Shown one piece after another: positions 41,193 to 51,815 of a stretch of 64,000 nucleotides of DNA. The stretch is from Gammaproteobacteria bacterium (GTDB taxonomy: Bacteria; Pseudomonadota; Gammaproteobacteria; Eutrophobiales; Eutrophobiaceae). Under the pieces are notes generated by a model, which was not told the origin of the DNA, made no database searches, and worked only from the letters and a program-made list of their open reading frames with translations. Within the stretch, counting starts at the first letter, position 1; each line of letters begins with the position of its first letter. The position numbers were made by a program, and so were the translations under genes. The stretch is taken from positions 160,001-224,000 of the forward strand of contig CAXMWX010000003.1 of the NCBI GenBank assembly GCA_963422205.2. The letters are read 5' to 3'.

Positions 41193-41753
41193 TCAGGTTA
41201 TGTCAGGCTTATGTTGTGTCGGTCGGTCATGTTGAGGGGTCTCTGGGGAGGCGGCTGGCAGCAGAAGGGCCAGTCGGGTTTGCAGTTTGTGCATGTCCAT
41301 TTTGCCGATTTTCTGCATCAGAATCCTGCCCTCGGCGCTGATCAGAAAAGACGTGGGGGTCAGCATGACATCGCCAAACGCCCTGGCGATATGCCCGTCC
41401 AGGTCGAGGGATACAGGGTAAGGCAGCTGGCGCTGTGTGGTCACTTCCAGCACCCGATTCGGCGGATCATAGGCCATGGCCACACCGATGATCTCCAGGC
41501 CGTGTGCGGATAATTCATCATACAGGGCGATGAGATGCGGCATTTCCTGCAAACAGCCTGAGCATGTACTCGCCCAGAACGTCACCAGCACCGGCCGGCC
41601 GCGCAGTTGCTGCAAAGGGACTTGTCGCCCATCCAGATAAGCAAACGTCACCTTGGGTGCCGGCTTGAGGCCAGCGGGGCTTAGCCATAACCAGACCCCT
41701 GCCACCACGGCACACAGCAGCACTGCCAGGCTGGCGATTTCCTTGCGTTGCAT
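41193..41753 (-). CDS. TlpA-family thiol:disulfide oxidoreductase
   Basis: N-terminal anchor, FWASTCSGCLQEMP, TPTSFLI. Confidence 0.9.
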   Translation of the reverse strand: MQRKEIASLAVLLCAVVAGVWLWLSPAGLKPAPKVTFAYLDGRQVPLQQLRGRPVLVTFWASTCSGCLQEMPHLIALYDELSAHGLEIIGVAMAYDPPNRVLEVTTQRQLPYPVSLDLDGHIARAFGDVMLTPTSFLISAEGRILMQKIGKMDMHKLQTRLALLLPAASPETPQHDRPTQHKPDIT

Positions 41754-41899
41754 CAGCTTCCCGCCGGCGGCAACATGAGGCAGGCATGATCACCGGCCAG
41801 GCCGGGCATGAAGACAGCCGCATACAGGCTGATGCCGCTCGCCCAGGCCATGCCCATGCCATGATCCATGATCAGGGCAACAATGCGTACGGTTTCCAC
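41752..41899 (-). pseudogene. truncated N-terminus of a DUF4126-like membrane protein
   Basis: Manual translation VETVRIVALIMDHGMGMAWASGISLYAAVFMPGLAG..LPPAGS*; AWASGIxLYA motif; only 48 codons. Confidence 0.6.
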
Positions 41900-42191
41900 T
41901 CGCTTCAGTCTCCGCTGTGTTCTCTCTGGCATGGTAATCGTTGTGGCCTGGTTTCGAAAGCCTTACGCCTGCTGTGAGATCGTGTTTAATGGCAAGGTGA
42001 TGATACACCTTAAAGACCCTGCTGCTAAGGTATCGTTCAGGAGTGTACGCCTGAGGGTTGTCACCGGCGCCGGGTATCACCCGGTGATATCACCCTGATC
42101 CGGCCATCACGGTCAGGCGGTAATTTTATCTGGCAGATTCTGCCCGGCATCTTGTATGATGCCCAACTTTTGACATTGGCTTGATCATGCG

Positions 42192-43223
42192 ATGGTGAAT
42201 GCAGGCATTGTCGGTGCCAGCGGTTATACCGGCCTGGAATTGATGCGGATATTATCAGGGCATCCTGGGGTGGCTCTTCGTTGTGTGGCATCACGCAGCG
42301 AGCAGGGCCGGCCGGTGGCGGCGGTATTTCCGTCCCTTAGATGTCGCATCTCGCTGGAATTTATCGCCCCTGATACGGCCGCACTGGCAGGCTGTGATGT
42401 GGTGTTTTTTGCTACCCCCCATGGCACGGCCATGCAGGCCGCCCCGCCCCTGCTGGAGGCGGGCGTGAAGGTCATCGATCTCTCGGCTGATTTTCGGCTG
42501 CAGGACGCTCAACTCTGGTCAACCTGGTATGGACTTGAGCATACTTCTCCGGGGCTGTTGAACCAGGCTGTCTATGGCTTAACTGAGATCCATCGTGAAC
42601 TGATCAAACAGGCCGATTTGGTGGCTAATCCCGGCTGTTATCCCACGGCGGTATTGCTGGGGTTTATCCCTTTGCTGGAGCAGGGGCTGGTGGATGTCAC
42701 CGGCCTGGTTGCCGATGCCAAATCAGGGATCAGCGGGGCCGGGCGGCAGGTGCAGTTGAACACGCAGTTTTGTGAATCAGCCGATACCTTCAGCGCCTAC
42801 GCCGCCGATGGGCATCGCCACCTGCCGGAGATGAGAGAAGGCTTGCAGCAACTTACCGGGGAGGATGTGGGGCTGGTGTTTGTGCCGCATCTCTTACCCA
42901 TTAACCGCGGGATTGAAGCCACGCTGTATGCGCCCCTGCTGAACAGGCAGGTTGACCTTCACGCCATCTATGCCGAGCGTTATCAGGATGAGGCGTTTAT
43001 TGATGTGATGCCGCCCGGCAGCTGTCCCGATACGGCCTCGGTGCGTGGTTCGAATATGTGCCGGATAGCCTGCTTTGTGCCAGAGGCGGGTGAGATGGCC
43101 GTGATTTCGGTGGTTGAGGATAATCTGGTCAAGGGGGCGGCCGGTCAGGCGGTGCAGAATATGAACGTAATGTTTGGCCTTGATGAGACGGCGGGGCTGC
43201 TGCATTTGCCCGTGCTGCCCTGA
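42192..43223 (+). CDS. argC: N-acetyl-gamma-glutamyl-phosphate reductase
   Basis: [46 protein letters not shown]. Confidence 0.97.
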   Translation: MVNAGIVGASGYTGLELMRILSGHPGVALRCVASRSEQGRPVAAVFPSLRCRISLEFIAPDTAALAGCDVVFFATPHGTAMQAAPPLLEAGVKVIDLSADFRLQDAQLWSTWYGLEHTSPGLLNQAVYGLTEIHRELIKQADLVANPGCYPTAVLLGFIPLLEQGLVDVTGLVADAKSGISGAGRQVQLNTQFCESADTFSAYAADGHRHLPEMREGLQQLTGEDVGLVFVPHLLPINRGIEATLYAPLLNRQVDLHAIYAERYQDEAFIDVMPPGSCPDTASVRGSNMCRIACFVPEAGEMAVISVVEDNLVKGAAGQAVQNMNVMFGLDETAGLLHLPVLP

Positions 43224-43243
43224 CATTCACCATCACGCCGCCC

Positions 43244-43963
43244 ATGCCAAAATTCGCCGTAAAATTACACCGCCCCTGGCAGTTTGCTATCGCCGTTTCA
43301 GGCTTGAGCATGATTCTGGCGACCTTGATCTGGCTGTTGCTCGATAACAGCCACTGGCATTACATTCAGGATGTGCTGCGCCGCAATCAGGACGATAAGC
43401 TGCTGTGGCAGGTCAACCGGGCGCTGGAACAGGAGAATACGTTGCTGCGCGATAAAGTGCTGATGCTGGAGCAGACCACGGATATTGACAAACAGACGGC
43501 CGGCATTGTGCAAGCTGAGATCAAAAACCAGCAGGATGAGATTCATCAACTCAAAGATGAATTACAGTTTTATCGGGAGATCATGGATTCCGCTTCGGGG
43601 GCGAATGGTCTGGATGTGCAGGGGGTATATATCAAGCCCTTGGCCGAGGCGGGCGGCTATCGTATGAAGCTGGTATTAACCCATATAGGAAAAGCTGGTA
43701 AAGTGACCAAAGGCACATTGACCGTGATGCTGGAGGGGCGGGCGGGCGATAAAAAACATGCTGTCAGCCTGGCCGATATCAGCTTAGGAGAAGACCAGCG
43801 CCTGACCTATAACTTTAGACATTTTCAACGCATTGAAACGGACTTCATGCTGCCGGAGAATTTTAAGCCGCAACGCATCGTGGTGAATGTAACAGATAAA
43901 AACAGGCAGGGATCAAGAGTGAAAAAGGCATTCAGCTGGTCTGAATCAACAACCAGGAGATAA
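43244..43963 (+). CDS. DUF6776-like membrane-anchored coiled-coil protein
   Basis: TM plus coiled coil, ELQFYREIM, FRHFQ..LPENFKP; usual position upstream of bactofilin. Confidence 0.7.
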   Translation: MPKFAVKLHRPWQFAIAVSGLSMILATLIWLLLDNSHWHYIQDVLRRNQDDKLLWQVNRALEQENTLLRDKVLMLEQTTDIDKQTAGIVQAEIKNQQDEIHQLKDELQFYREIMDSASGANGLDVQGVYIKPLAEAGGYRMKLVLTHIGKAGKVTKGTLTVMLEGRAGDKKHAVSLADISLGEDQRLTYNFRHFQRIETDFMLPENFKPQRIVVNVTDKNRQGSRVKKAFSWSESTTRR

Positions 43964-43969
43964 ATCATC

Positions 43970-44389
43970 ATGTGGCGCAGCAAATCAAAAAAAGGCAAGA
44001 CCTCGCGTATCGATACGCTGATAGGCCAGCAGACCCAGGTGCTGGGCGATGTGAAGTTCTCCGGCGGCCTGCATGTCGATGGCCTTATTAAGGGCAATGT
44101 CAGTGCCGAGGCGGATGGCTCGTCCATGCTGTCATTGAGTGAGTCCGGCACGATTGAGGGCGAAGTCAAGGTGCCTTTTGTGGTGCTTGACGGGGCGGTG
44201 AAAGGCGATGTACATGGCGGCGAGCATGTGCAGCTTTCAGAACATGCCCAGGTGACCGGTAATGTCTACTACAATCTGATCGAGGTAACCATGGGGGCGG
44301 CGGTGAATGGCAAGTTGGTACACACGCCTGAAGCAGACAGGCAGGCCGTCAGGCAAGCCCCGCCCGACTCGCTTGAAGCCCCGGAATGA
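43970..44389 (+). CDS. bactofilin (polymer-forming cytoskeletal protein)
   Basis: TLIG..GDVKFSGGLHVDGLIKGNV beta-helix repeats. Confidence 0.92.
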   Translation: MWRSKSKKGKTSRIDTLIGQQTQVLGDVKFSGGLHVDGLIKGNVSAEADGSSMLSLSESGTIEGEVKVPFVVLDGAVKGDVHGGEHVQLSEHAQVTGNVYYNLIEVTMGAAVNGKLVHTPEADRQAVRQAPPDSLEAPE

Positions 44390-44505
44390 TCGTATCTCGC
44401 ATGACGGCATACGGCGCCCATAATACGTGATTGAAACCCTTGGTTTATGGCGTGCAACACGGTAGTATGTAGCTATCTTTAACCAGCCAGCATGACTCTT
44501 GCAAA

Positions 44506-44862
44506 ATGATAGCAGCGACACACTATGTCCCCCAACAGCCGCTGATCTTTACCGATGCGGCCGCCGAGAAGGTCAAAGCACTGATTGCCGATGAGGATAA
44601 TGAGGCGTTGATGCTGCGGGTGTTTATCTCCGGTGGTGGCTGTTCCGGCTTCCAGTACGGCTTCACCTTTGATGAGAATTCAACCGAGGGCGATACGGTG
44701 GTTGAAAAAGAAGGCGTGAAACTGCTGATCGATCCCATGAGTGTGCAATACTTGAAAGGGGCTGAAATTGATTACACCGAGGGCATGGAGGGCGCACAAT
44801 TCGTTATCCGTAACCCCAACGCCAAGACCACCTGTGGTTGCGGCTCTTCCTTTTCTGTTTGA
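44506..44862 (+). CDS. erpA: iron-sulfur cluster insertion protein ErpA
   Basis: [25 protein letters not shown]. Confidence 0.95.
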   Translation: MIAATHYVPQQPLIFTDAAAEKVKALIADEDNEALMLRVFISGGGCSGFQYGFTFDENSTEGDTVVEKEGVKLLIDPMSVQYLKGAEIDYTEGMEGAQFVIRNPNAKTTCGCGSSFSV

Positions 44863-44955
44863 ATGACGATACCGGGCCGATGGGCGCCCACCGGCGTTAA
44901 AAAAATCTAGCGGGTGCAGCAGGCACGGCGATGCTCGGCATGGCGGTTGTGCCAT

Positions 44956-46053
44956 CTAGGGTTGATAGACTGCCCCGGCAATGACCGCCTTGGTGGCACC
45001 GGTGACCGAGGGCAGGGTGCCCGGCTGCACCTCCAGCCGTTGTCTCGCCAGCCAGGCAAAAGCCACCGCCTCTACGGCATCGGGATCAAGCCCGTATTTT
45101 GCCGAGGAGCATAGCTTCACACCGGCCAGGTGTTGTTGCAGGCCGTTAATCAACGCAGCGTTATGCAGACCGCCGCCACAGATGATGATCTCTTCTGTTG
45201 CCGGGGTGTGCTGGTTGATGGCATCGGCGATGCTTTGAATGGACAAGGCCAGCAGGGTGGCCTGAATATCCTTATCTGCCGGTCGGTCGGGTAACTGGCC
45301 CAGCAGGGCTTCCAGCCAGCGGAGGTTAAATGAATCCTTGCCGGTGCTCTTCGGCGGCGGCAAGGCGAAGTACGGGTGTGCCAGCATCTGCTGCAACAAG
45401 GCCGTATGACAGTGACCGGTTGCCGCCCAGGCGCCGTTCTCATCAAACTCCAGCCCGCGCCGGTTTTGTATCCATTGATCCATCAGCCCGTTGCCCGGGC
45501 CGGTATCAAAGCCGCTGATGTGTTCGGGGTGCAGCCGGGTGATATTGGCGATACCGCCGAGATTCATCACCAGCGTATTTTGCCCGGCATGCTTGAAATA
45601 CCAGGCATGGAATGCCGGTGCCAGGGGCGCACCTTGCCCTGATACCACCATATCAGCCCGCCTGAAATCGGTGACCGTGGTGATGCCGGTGTGCTGGCAG
45701 ATGATGTTGGCATCGCCTATCTGTAGCGTGCATGGCGGGTCTTTATCGGGCAGGTGCAGCACGGTCTGCCCGTGACTGCCGATCGCCCGCACCTCGGCGT
45801 GATTGATATCGCTGGTATGCAGAAGTTGCCGCACCGCCCTGGCAAACGCCCGGCCGAGCATATTATCCAGCACAGCGATCTCAAGCAGGCTGGTGGTTAA
45901 ATCAACGGCACGTACCCGCCGCCGAATATCCTCGCTGATGGGGTATTGCTGATAGGCGATCACCTCCAAGCTGGCGGCCTCCATATCAACGATGACCGCA
46001 TCAATCGCATCCATACTGGTTCCCGACATAAGGCCGATAAAATACATACGCAT
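44956..46053 (-). CDS. anmK: anhydro-N-acetylmuramic acid kinase
   Basis: GLMSGTSMD, GSHGQT, GQGAPLAP, NLGGIAN, FDTGPGN, PKSTG, EAVAFAWLA. Confidence 0.96.
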   Translation of the reverse strand: MRMYFIGLMSGTSMDAIDAVIVDMEAASLEVIAYQQYPISEDIRRRVRAVDLTTSLLEIAVLDNMLGRAFARAVRQLLHTSDINHAEVRAIGSHGQTVLHLPDKDPPCTLQIGDANIICQHTGITTVTDFRRADMVVSGQGAPLAPAFHAWYFKHAGQNTLVMNLGGIANITRLHPEHISGFDTGPGNGLMDQWIQNRRGLEFDENGAWAATGHCHTALLQQMLAHPYFALPPPKSTGKDSFNLRWLEALLGQLPDRPADKDIQATLLALSIQSIADAINQHTPATEEIIICGGGLHNAALINGLQQHLAGVKLCSSAKYGLDPDAVEAVAFAWLARQRLEVQPGTLPSVTGATKAVIAGAVYQP

Positions 46054-46091
46054 TCACAAAGAGGTTAGGGGGCGAACCGGGCATTCATCGC

Positions 46092-47339
46092 TTAGCTGTT
46101 TATGGTAGCAGTATTCATGGCAGGGATATAGGTAAAGGGTTTCAGCCATAACAGCAGCAGCGCACCGCCTGCCAGGCCCAGGGCAATCGCATACAGGGCC
46201 ATGCTGTAGCTGCCAGTGAGATCGAACACCAGCGCCATCAGTACCGGTGTTACCCCCTGTGTTACCACGATGAGGGCATAGACCATGCCGGAGATTTCGC
46301 CGTAATGACGGACGCCGAAGTAACGCGATAAAAAATACGGCAACACACCGTATTCTGTGCCCAGGTCAAAACCCAGCAGCACGGCAGCAACCAGCAGCAC
46401 GGCATAAGCATTGCTGTTGTTTAACAGTATCAGGCCAACAAGCGCCAGCAGGTAAAACGGTACAGCTATCCAGGGCCTGGGGAAGCGGTCAAGTATAAAG
46501 CCGATGCTGATCTGCCAGATGGCCGTTACGATGGAGAATGTGGCGATGATCCTGGCAGCGTATGGCAGCGACAGGTCGCGCTCGAGCAACATGGGGACGA
46601 GATGAACGAAGACGGCCGTCATACACCCGGCCATCAGGCCGACAGCAAGGCTGATGATCCAGAAGGCCGCCGTTTTTCTGGCCTCCGCCAGGGTCATGCC
46701 AGTCGCATGATGTGCAGCTACCGCCCCGTCTTTTTGCCATCGTTCAGGCGGGTCCCACAACAATAAAAATAATACCGGAAAACCGATCAGTGCGATTGCC
46801 ATGGCGATGCCGACATAGCCGAAGCGCCAGCCGCCAGCGGTCAACAACAGGCTGACGAAAACAGGTGCCAGCGCCGCCCCGGCACCATTGCCCAGCCCGC
46901 CGACGATGCCCAGCAACACGCCGCGGTGCCTGTCAAACCAGGCGGCAATCACCTTGGTAAACATGACCCCACTGGGTATGGCGCCAGTAAAACCAATGAA
47001 GGCATAAGCAAGGTAGAAGTGCAGCATATTCTCGTCAATCAGGAAGACAGATCCCACAGCGACAGCAAACAACAGGTTGCCGATCAACAGGATACGCCTG
47101 GCGCCATGCCGATCGATCATGCGCCCGATAAGGGGGTAACTGATGGCACTGGTGGCAGCAATGATCATTAACGCGATTGAGATAGCCGCCCTTGACCAGC
47201 CGAACTCCTCTTCCAATGGCACAAGAAACAACCCGAATACCGTAAATACCATCGGCGTCAGACCAACCATGTTGCCCACAGTACAGGCGGCGACAACGCC
47301 CGCCGGTCGGTAGCCCGGAAAGGAAAGACGACCAGCCAT
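46092..47339 (-). CDS. MFS transporter
   Basis: Hydrophobic TM pattern, GRMIDRHGARR motif A. Confidence 0.9.
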   Translation of the reverse strand: MAGRLSFPGYRPAGVVAACTVGNMVGLTPMVFTVFGLFLVPLEEEFGWSRAAISIALMIIAATSAISYPLIGRMIDRHGARRILLIGNLLFAVAVGSVFLIDENMLHFYLAYAFIGFTGAIPSGVMFTKVIAAWFDRHRGVLLGIVGGLGNGAGAALAPVFVSLLLTAGGWRFGYVGIAMAIALIGFPVLFLLLWDPPERWQKDGAVAAHHATGMTLAEARKTAAFWIISLAVGLMAGCMTAVFVHLVPMLLERDLSLPYAARIIATFSIVTAIWQISIGFILDRFPRPWIAVPFYLLALVGLILLNNSNAYAVLLVAAVLLGFDLGTEYGVLPYFLSRYFGVRHYGEISGMVYALIVVTQGVTPVLMALVFDLTGSYSMALYAIALGLAGGALLLLWLKPFTYIPAMNTATINS

Positions 47340-47352
47340 CTGCGCTATCGGC

Positions 47353-48735
47353 CTATTCTATCGGCCAGGGGCAGATAAACGGCACCCCTGAGCGTACCAG
47401 GATGGCCTCGCTGGCGGACTGTACCCGGCGGTACAATGCCGCCTCATCGATCAGGGTGGAGCGGTAGTTGTTGATCACACGCACACCATCCACCCAAACG
47501 CTGTGTACGCCTCTGCCATCCGCCGAGCAGACCAGTTGGTTAAGCACATGGGTGCGTGGCTGCCATTCAGGACGGTCAGTATCATGCAGGACAAAGTCGG
47601 CTTTTTTGCCCACCGCCAATGCGCCTGTCTCCTGTTCCAGTTGCAGCGCTTTTGCCGCATTGACTGTCGCCATTTCCAGCATGCTGGCAGCGGGAAACAG
47701 ACGGCTGTCCTCTCGTGCATCTTTGAATATAGCGCCCGTTGCCTTCATCGCCAGCATCAGATCCGGGCTGTAGCCATCGCTGCCCAGCAACAGGTTGATA
47801 CCCGCCGCGGCCATTTCCGGGAAACGGCCGGCTGTGCCGAGACCACAGGCATCACGCATGGCCGCAATGGGGCAGTGAATCACATGCGTATGCGTCTCGG
47901 CCAGCAGCGCCTGTTCGTGCTCGTCAATATGCACGGCATGGGTAAGACAAACATTCCCGCCCAGTACCCCAATGGCGTGCAGGTGTTCAACAGGCCGCCG
48001 GCCCGTGTGTTGCAGATACCATACCGGATCGCTGGCATACGGACTCATGTGCGCTGATACCCCGACGCCGTTTGCATCCGCCAGTGATTTGGCCGCCTGC
48101 CAGACCGCATCGCTGTTGGTATGATGACCAATGAGAACAGGCCAGGCAGCGATCCTGGCATCGTCACTGGCCGGATAACGTGTTATCTCATCTGTCAATC
48201 GCTGAATGGCCTCGGCAGGCGATTGCCGTTGCTCATCCTGGCCATCGAAAACACGCCCCTCCACCCAGCCACCAACACGTCCGCGGATACCCGTGGTATT
48301 TAACCCCTCAACCACGGCATCCAGATGCCGGATCGTCCCCGCTTCAAGAAAACAGGTGGTGCCACAGCGCAGCATCGCCAGCGCCTGCAGTTGTGCTGAC
48401 AGCCGCTCATCCTCGGCCGTGTGTGCCTGAAAACGCGGGATGACCCAGCGGGTCAATTTTTCCGTAAAACCCGCATCAATTTCGTCTGGTACATAGCCAC
48501 GTGTCAGAGGATCGCCGGTGATATGTACATGGCCATCAATGAGTCCCGGCGTGATGATAAATTGATCCGCATGAATGATGTCGGTGCTCTCAAGCGTGTT
48601 GACCGCCTCCTGACGTTTACCGACAAAGACGATCTTGTCTTGCCTGGTGGCGAGTGCGCCATCACGAACGATGCGGCGCTGTGCATCCATCGTAATGATG
48701 GTACCCCCCAGAATCAGGCTATCAACATGCTGCAT
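47353..48735 (-). CDS. metal-dependent amidohydrolase (AtzA/TrzA/MTA-deaminase-like)
   Basis: PGLIDGHVH, SAHMS, LTHAVH, LGSDG, GKKAD. Confidence 0.9.
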   Translation of the reverse strand: MQHVDSLILGGTIITMDAQRRIVRDGALATRQDKIVFVGKRQEAVNTLESTDIIHADQFIITPGLIDGHVHITGDPLTRGYVPDEIDAGFTEKLTRWVIPRFQAHTAEDERLSAQLQALAMLRCGTTCFLEAGTIRHLDAVVEGLNTTGIRGRVGGWVEGRVFDGQDEQRQSPAEAIQRLTDEITRYPASDDARIAAWPVLIGHHTNSDAVWQAAKSLADANGVGVSAHMSPYASDPVWYLQHTGRRPVEHLHAIGVLGGNVCLTHAVHIDEHEQALLAETHTHVIHCPIAAMRDACGLGTAGRFPEMAAAGINLLLGSDGYSPDLMLAMKATGAIFKDAREDSRLFPAASMLEMATVNAAKALQLEQETGALAVGKKADFVLHDTDRPEWQPRTHVLNQLVCSADGRGVHSVWVDGVRVINNYRSTLIDEAALYRRVQSASEAILVRSGVPFICPWPIE

Positions 48736-48866
48736 CTTGATTATTTTACCTGCGATAAAAGGTTAAAAGACGATGAGAATATGCGGTAAAACCAGCGGTG
48801 ATTACCTGTAAATATACCCTGGTCTTCATAAACCATGCTGTGTTTGTGCCGGCATGTGCTGATTCT

Positions 48867-50389
48867 TTAAGAATCGTAGCCTTGCTCTATTTCTCGTAAT
48901 TCAGTTTTTAATACTTTACCGTAATTATTTTTTGGCAGACTTTTTACAATACGGTAGTGTCTTGGCCGTTTAAATCGGGCAATATGCTTGATACAAAGCT
49001 GATCCAATGAGGCGGTATCAATAGAGTCAGCTGAGTTGGCAACAACATAGGCTACAACAGTCTCACCCCATTCCCTATCGGCACGACCAATCACAGATAC
49101 TTCAGATATTTGTGGATGCTTTAATAGCACTTCTTCCACTTCTCTGGGATAGATATTGTTACCTCCGGATATGATCAAATCCTTGCGGCGATCTTTCAGT
49201 GTTAAAAAACCTTCTGCATCGAAACTGCCAAAATCACCGGTATGTAGCCAACCGTTACGTAAAGCCTGTGCTGTTGCTTCGGGATTTTGCCAGTAGCCAC
49301 TCATGACCGTTTGACCGCGCACCAGTATTTCACCTGTTTCGCCTGTGGGTAAGGGCTGATCCGTATCGTCTGCAACACGTACTTCAACTGCACTTTGCGG
49401 CAGGCCAACAGAAGATAAACGTTCACGCCAACGTGGATGGGTATCATCAGCATGTATACGCGAACTTAACGCGGTAATCGTCATCGGGCTTTCGCCCTGG
49501 CCATATATTTGCACCAGTTTCGATCCAAAACGCTGTAAACCTGATATGCAGTCTTCTATATACATAGGGCCACCGCCATAGATGATGATTTTCAAGTTTG
49601 TTGTATCTGTGTATTCAGGATGTTCCAGCAAGCGTTTTACCATGGTGGGGGCGGCAAAAAACACACTGCCGGGCCAATGCTCGATCAGGCTATAGGTCTC
49701 ACTGACATCAAAACTGTTACTCTCTGGAAGCACATGACAACTGGCCCGCATGATATGCGCCAGGGCATATAAACCGGAACCGTGACTCATAGGTGCGACA
49801 TGCAGGATCGATAACCAGGGTGATTGCTGATCGACATCCACAAAATAGCAAAGCGACATGGCCAACAAGTTACGATGACTGAGCATTGCCCCCTTCGGCT
49901 TGCCTGTCGTACCACTGGTGTAAAACAGCCAGGCATGATCATCCGGTTCACAATCACACAGAGCTAATTGCTCAGATTTCAGCATACGATTGTAATCGGT
50001 GCTATGGATGTCGATGATGGTGGCTAACTCATCGTTGCTTAATGAACTGGTATCTGCTTTATGTTGCGAGGAGAGAAAACATAACTTGGCCCCGAGTTTT
50101 CAATGATATAAGCGAACTCCATTTGGTGTAGTTTAGCGTTGATTGGTACGGTGACCATGCCCGCATGCCAACAGGCATAGAGGATTTCAAGATACTGAGG
50201 ACAGTTCTTGAGTATGAGTGCAACACGATCACCCTTAGCCAGATTAAAGTCATGACAGAGAGAACAGGCCAGACGGCTTATCCGATCTGCCAGTTCACCA
50301 TACGTGCAAACCATGTTATTACCTATTGCAACCGCCGGACGCTCTGCATGAGCATGCCCTGCACGTTGCATGAGCACTGCGATGTTCAT
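48867..50389 (-). pseudogene. acyl-CoA synthetase (AMP-binding) split by a 1-nt frameshift near 50090
   Basis: N-part 50039..50389 and C-part (YTSGTTGKPKG, YGQGE, TGD) join if the coding-strand G4 at 50090-50093 were G5. Confidence 0.82.
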
Positions 50390-50473
50390 GGCGATTATTT
50401 ATGCATGGTACTGCTACTCATGATATTCATAGGAATTAGCTTGACGCGTGATCATAATAAATAGACAATCATA

Positions 50474-50508
50474 TTGCTATAAGTAATTGTGTTTCGTATA
50501 ATGAAACA
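50474..50508 (+). promoter_or_regulatory. sigma70 promoter with overlapping IclR-like operator
   Basis: TTGCTA(50474)-17 bp-TATAAT(50497); dyad TGTTTC-N7-GAAACA at 50490-50508. Confidence 0.65.
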
Positions 50509-50543
50509 ACAGTGTTTGCCTAATCTCTTCGCTGAGGTGTCAT

Positions 50544-50927
50544 GTGAGTGAGAAACAGAGAGCAGTAGTCTATCAATGGGATAAATTGGCTAAAGAAGAT
50601 GTGCGACCCGGTGTCTCACGGGCGGGCTTCAGTGGCGACAATGTCTTAATGGTCATGAACTGGTTGGAGCTGGGAATGGAAGTGAACCCCCACAGTCATC
50701 CTTTTGAACAACTGGTATATATTGTTAAAGGCACTATGCGTTTTGTTATTGCAGGTGAGGAGTTTATCGTCAAGGCAGGTGGTTTGATTCGAATTCCGCC
50801 CAGCATGGAGCATTACGGTGAACCGCTAGGTGATGAGCCTGTGATGAACCTGGATGTGTTCTCGCCCATACGAGATGATTACCGTCATCTGGTTGAATAT
50901 CAGCAGGCTGATTTTGGACGAGATTGA
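50544..50927 (+). CDS. cupin domain protein
   Basis: HSHPFEQ..IPPSMEH. Confidence 0.9.
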   Translation: MSEKQRAVVYQWDKLAKEDVRPGVSRAGFSGDNVLMVMNWLELGMEVNPHSHPFEQLVYIVKGTMRFVIAGEEFIVKAGGLIRIPPSMEHYGEPLGDEPVMNLDVFSPIRDDYRHLVEYQQADFGRD

Positions 50928-51038
50928 ACCAGGCATGCTGAACTTCCAGATACAACATGAGTTACAGCAAAAGAGCCGCGCAAGGGTGTGTCCAGTTGGC
51001 GTCTTTTAAAGGCAGGCTCAGCCAGACGGAGTTTTTCT

Positions 51039-51815
51039 ATGGCTGAAAGCACACCTGTTTATTCTGTCATCACGACGTTAAAGATTATTGAATACCTTGC
51101 CAGTGTCTCCGGGCCGATGGGGGTGAGTGAAATTGCAAATGCATTGGATACCACCAAACCCAGGGTGTTCCGGCATTTACGCACCTTGTTAGATCAGGAT
51201 TATGTCTCACAAGACGCTAACACGGATAAGTATCAGTTGACCGTTAAGTTGTTTCATATCGGTCAAGCGATTGCCGATCAAACAGATTTCCTGGCAGAGG
51301 TCAGACGGGTGATGCCGATGCTGCGTGCTCAGGTCAACCTGACCGTCACGGTGGGGCAGTATGAAGAAGAGGGAGTGCGTGTGCTGGATATCCTCAAGCA
51401 TCGTTCTGAATTTGAGATCAGCGCCCGCCCCGGTGCATTTTTTGACTTTCATTGTTCTGCACAAGGCAAGATTGCTCTGGCATTTGGGCCGACAAGATTA
51501 TGGGACAAGGTAAAACAATCCACACTAAAGTCCTGGACGGTCAAAACAAATACTGATCTAAAAGCTTTATTGCATGAAATTAAACAGATCAAAAAGCAGG
51601 GTTGGGCCATGGCACCGGAACAGGTTTTAAGTGGTATCAATGCAGTCTCAGTACCTGTTTTTGATAGCACAGGGTCACTGGTGGGCATGATGACTATCCT
51701 GGGATCCATTCAGTTTTTACCAGTTAAGCCTGAACCGGTACAAATAAAAGCAATCATGGGAGCCGCAGCAGAAGTATCAAGCAGGCTGGGTTACAGGGAG
51801 GTGATAGCAGTATGA
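51039..51815 (+). CDS. IclR family transcriptional regulator
   Basis: HTH GVSEIA..VFRHLRTL, HCSAQGK, GINAVSVPVF. Confidence 0.93.
   Translation: MAESTPVYSVITTLKIIEYLASVSGPMGVSEIANALDTTKPRVFRHLRTLLDQDYVSQDANTDKYQLTVKLFHIGQAIADQTDFLAEVRRVMPMLRAQVNLTVTVGQYEEEGVRVLDILKHRSEFEISARPGAFFDFHCSAQGKIALAFGPTRLWDKVKQSTLKSWTVKTNTDLKALLHEIKQIKKQGWAMAPEQVLSGINAVSVPVFDSTGSLVGMMTILGSIQFLPVKPEPVQIKAIMGAAAEVSSRLGYREVIAV

Noticed and set aside
42061-42118. Hairpins upstream of argC as a riboswitch or REP element
   Set aside because: Short GC-rich dyads seen once, with no recognisable RNA family
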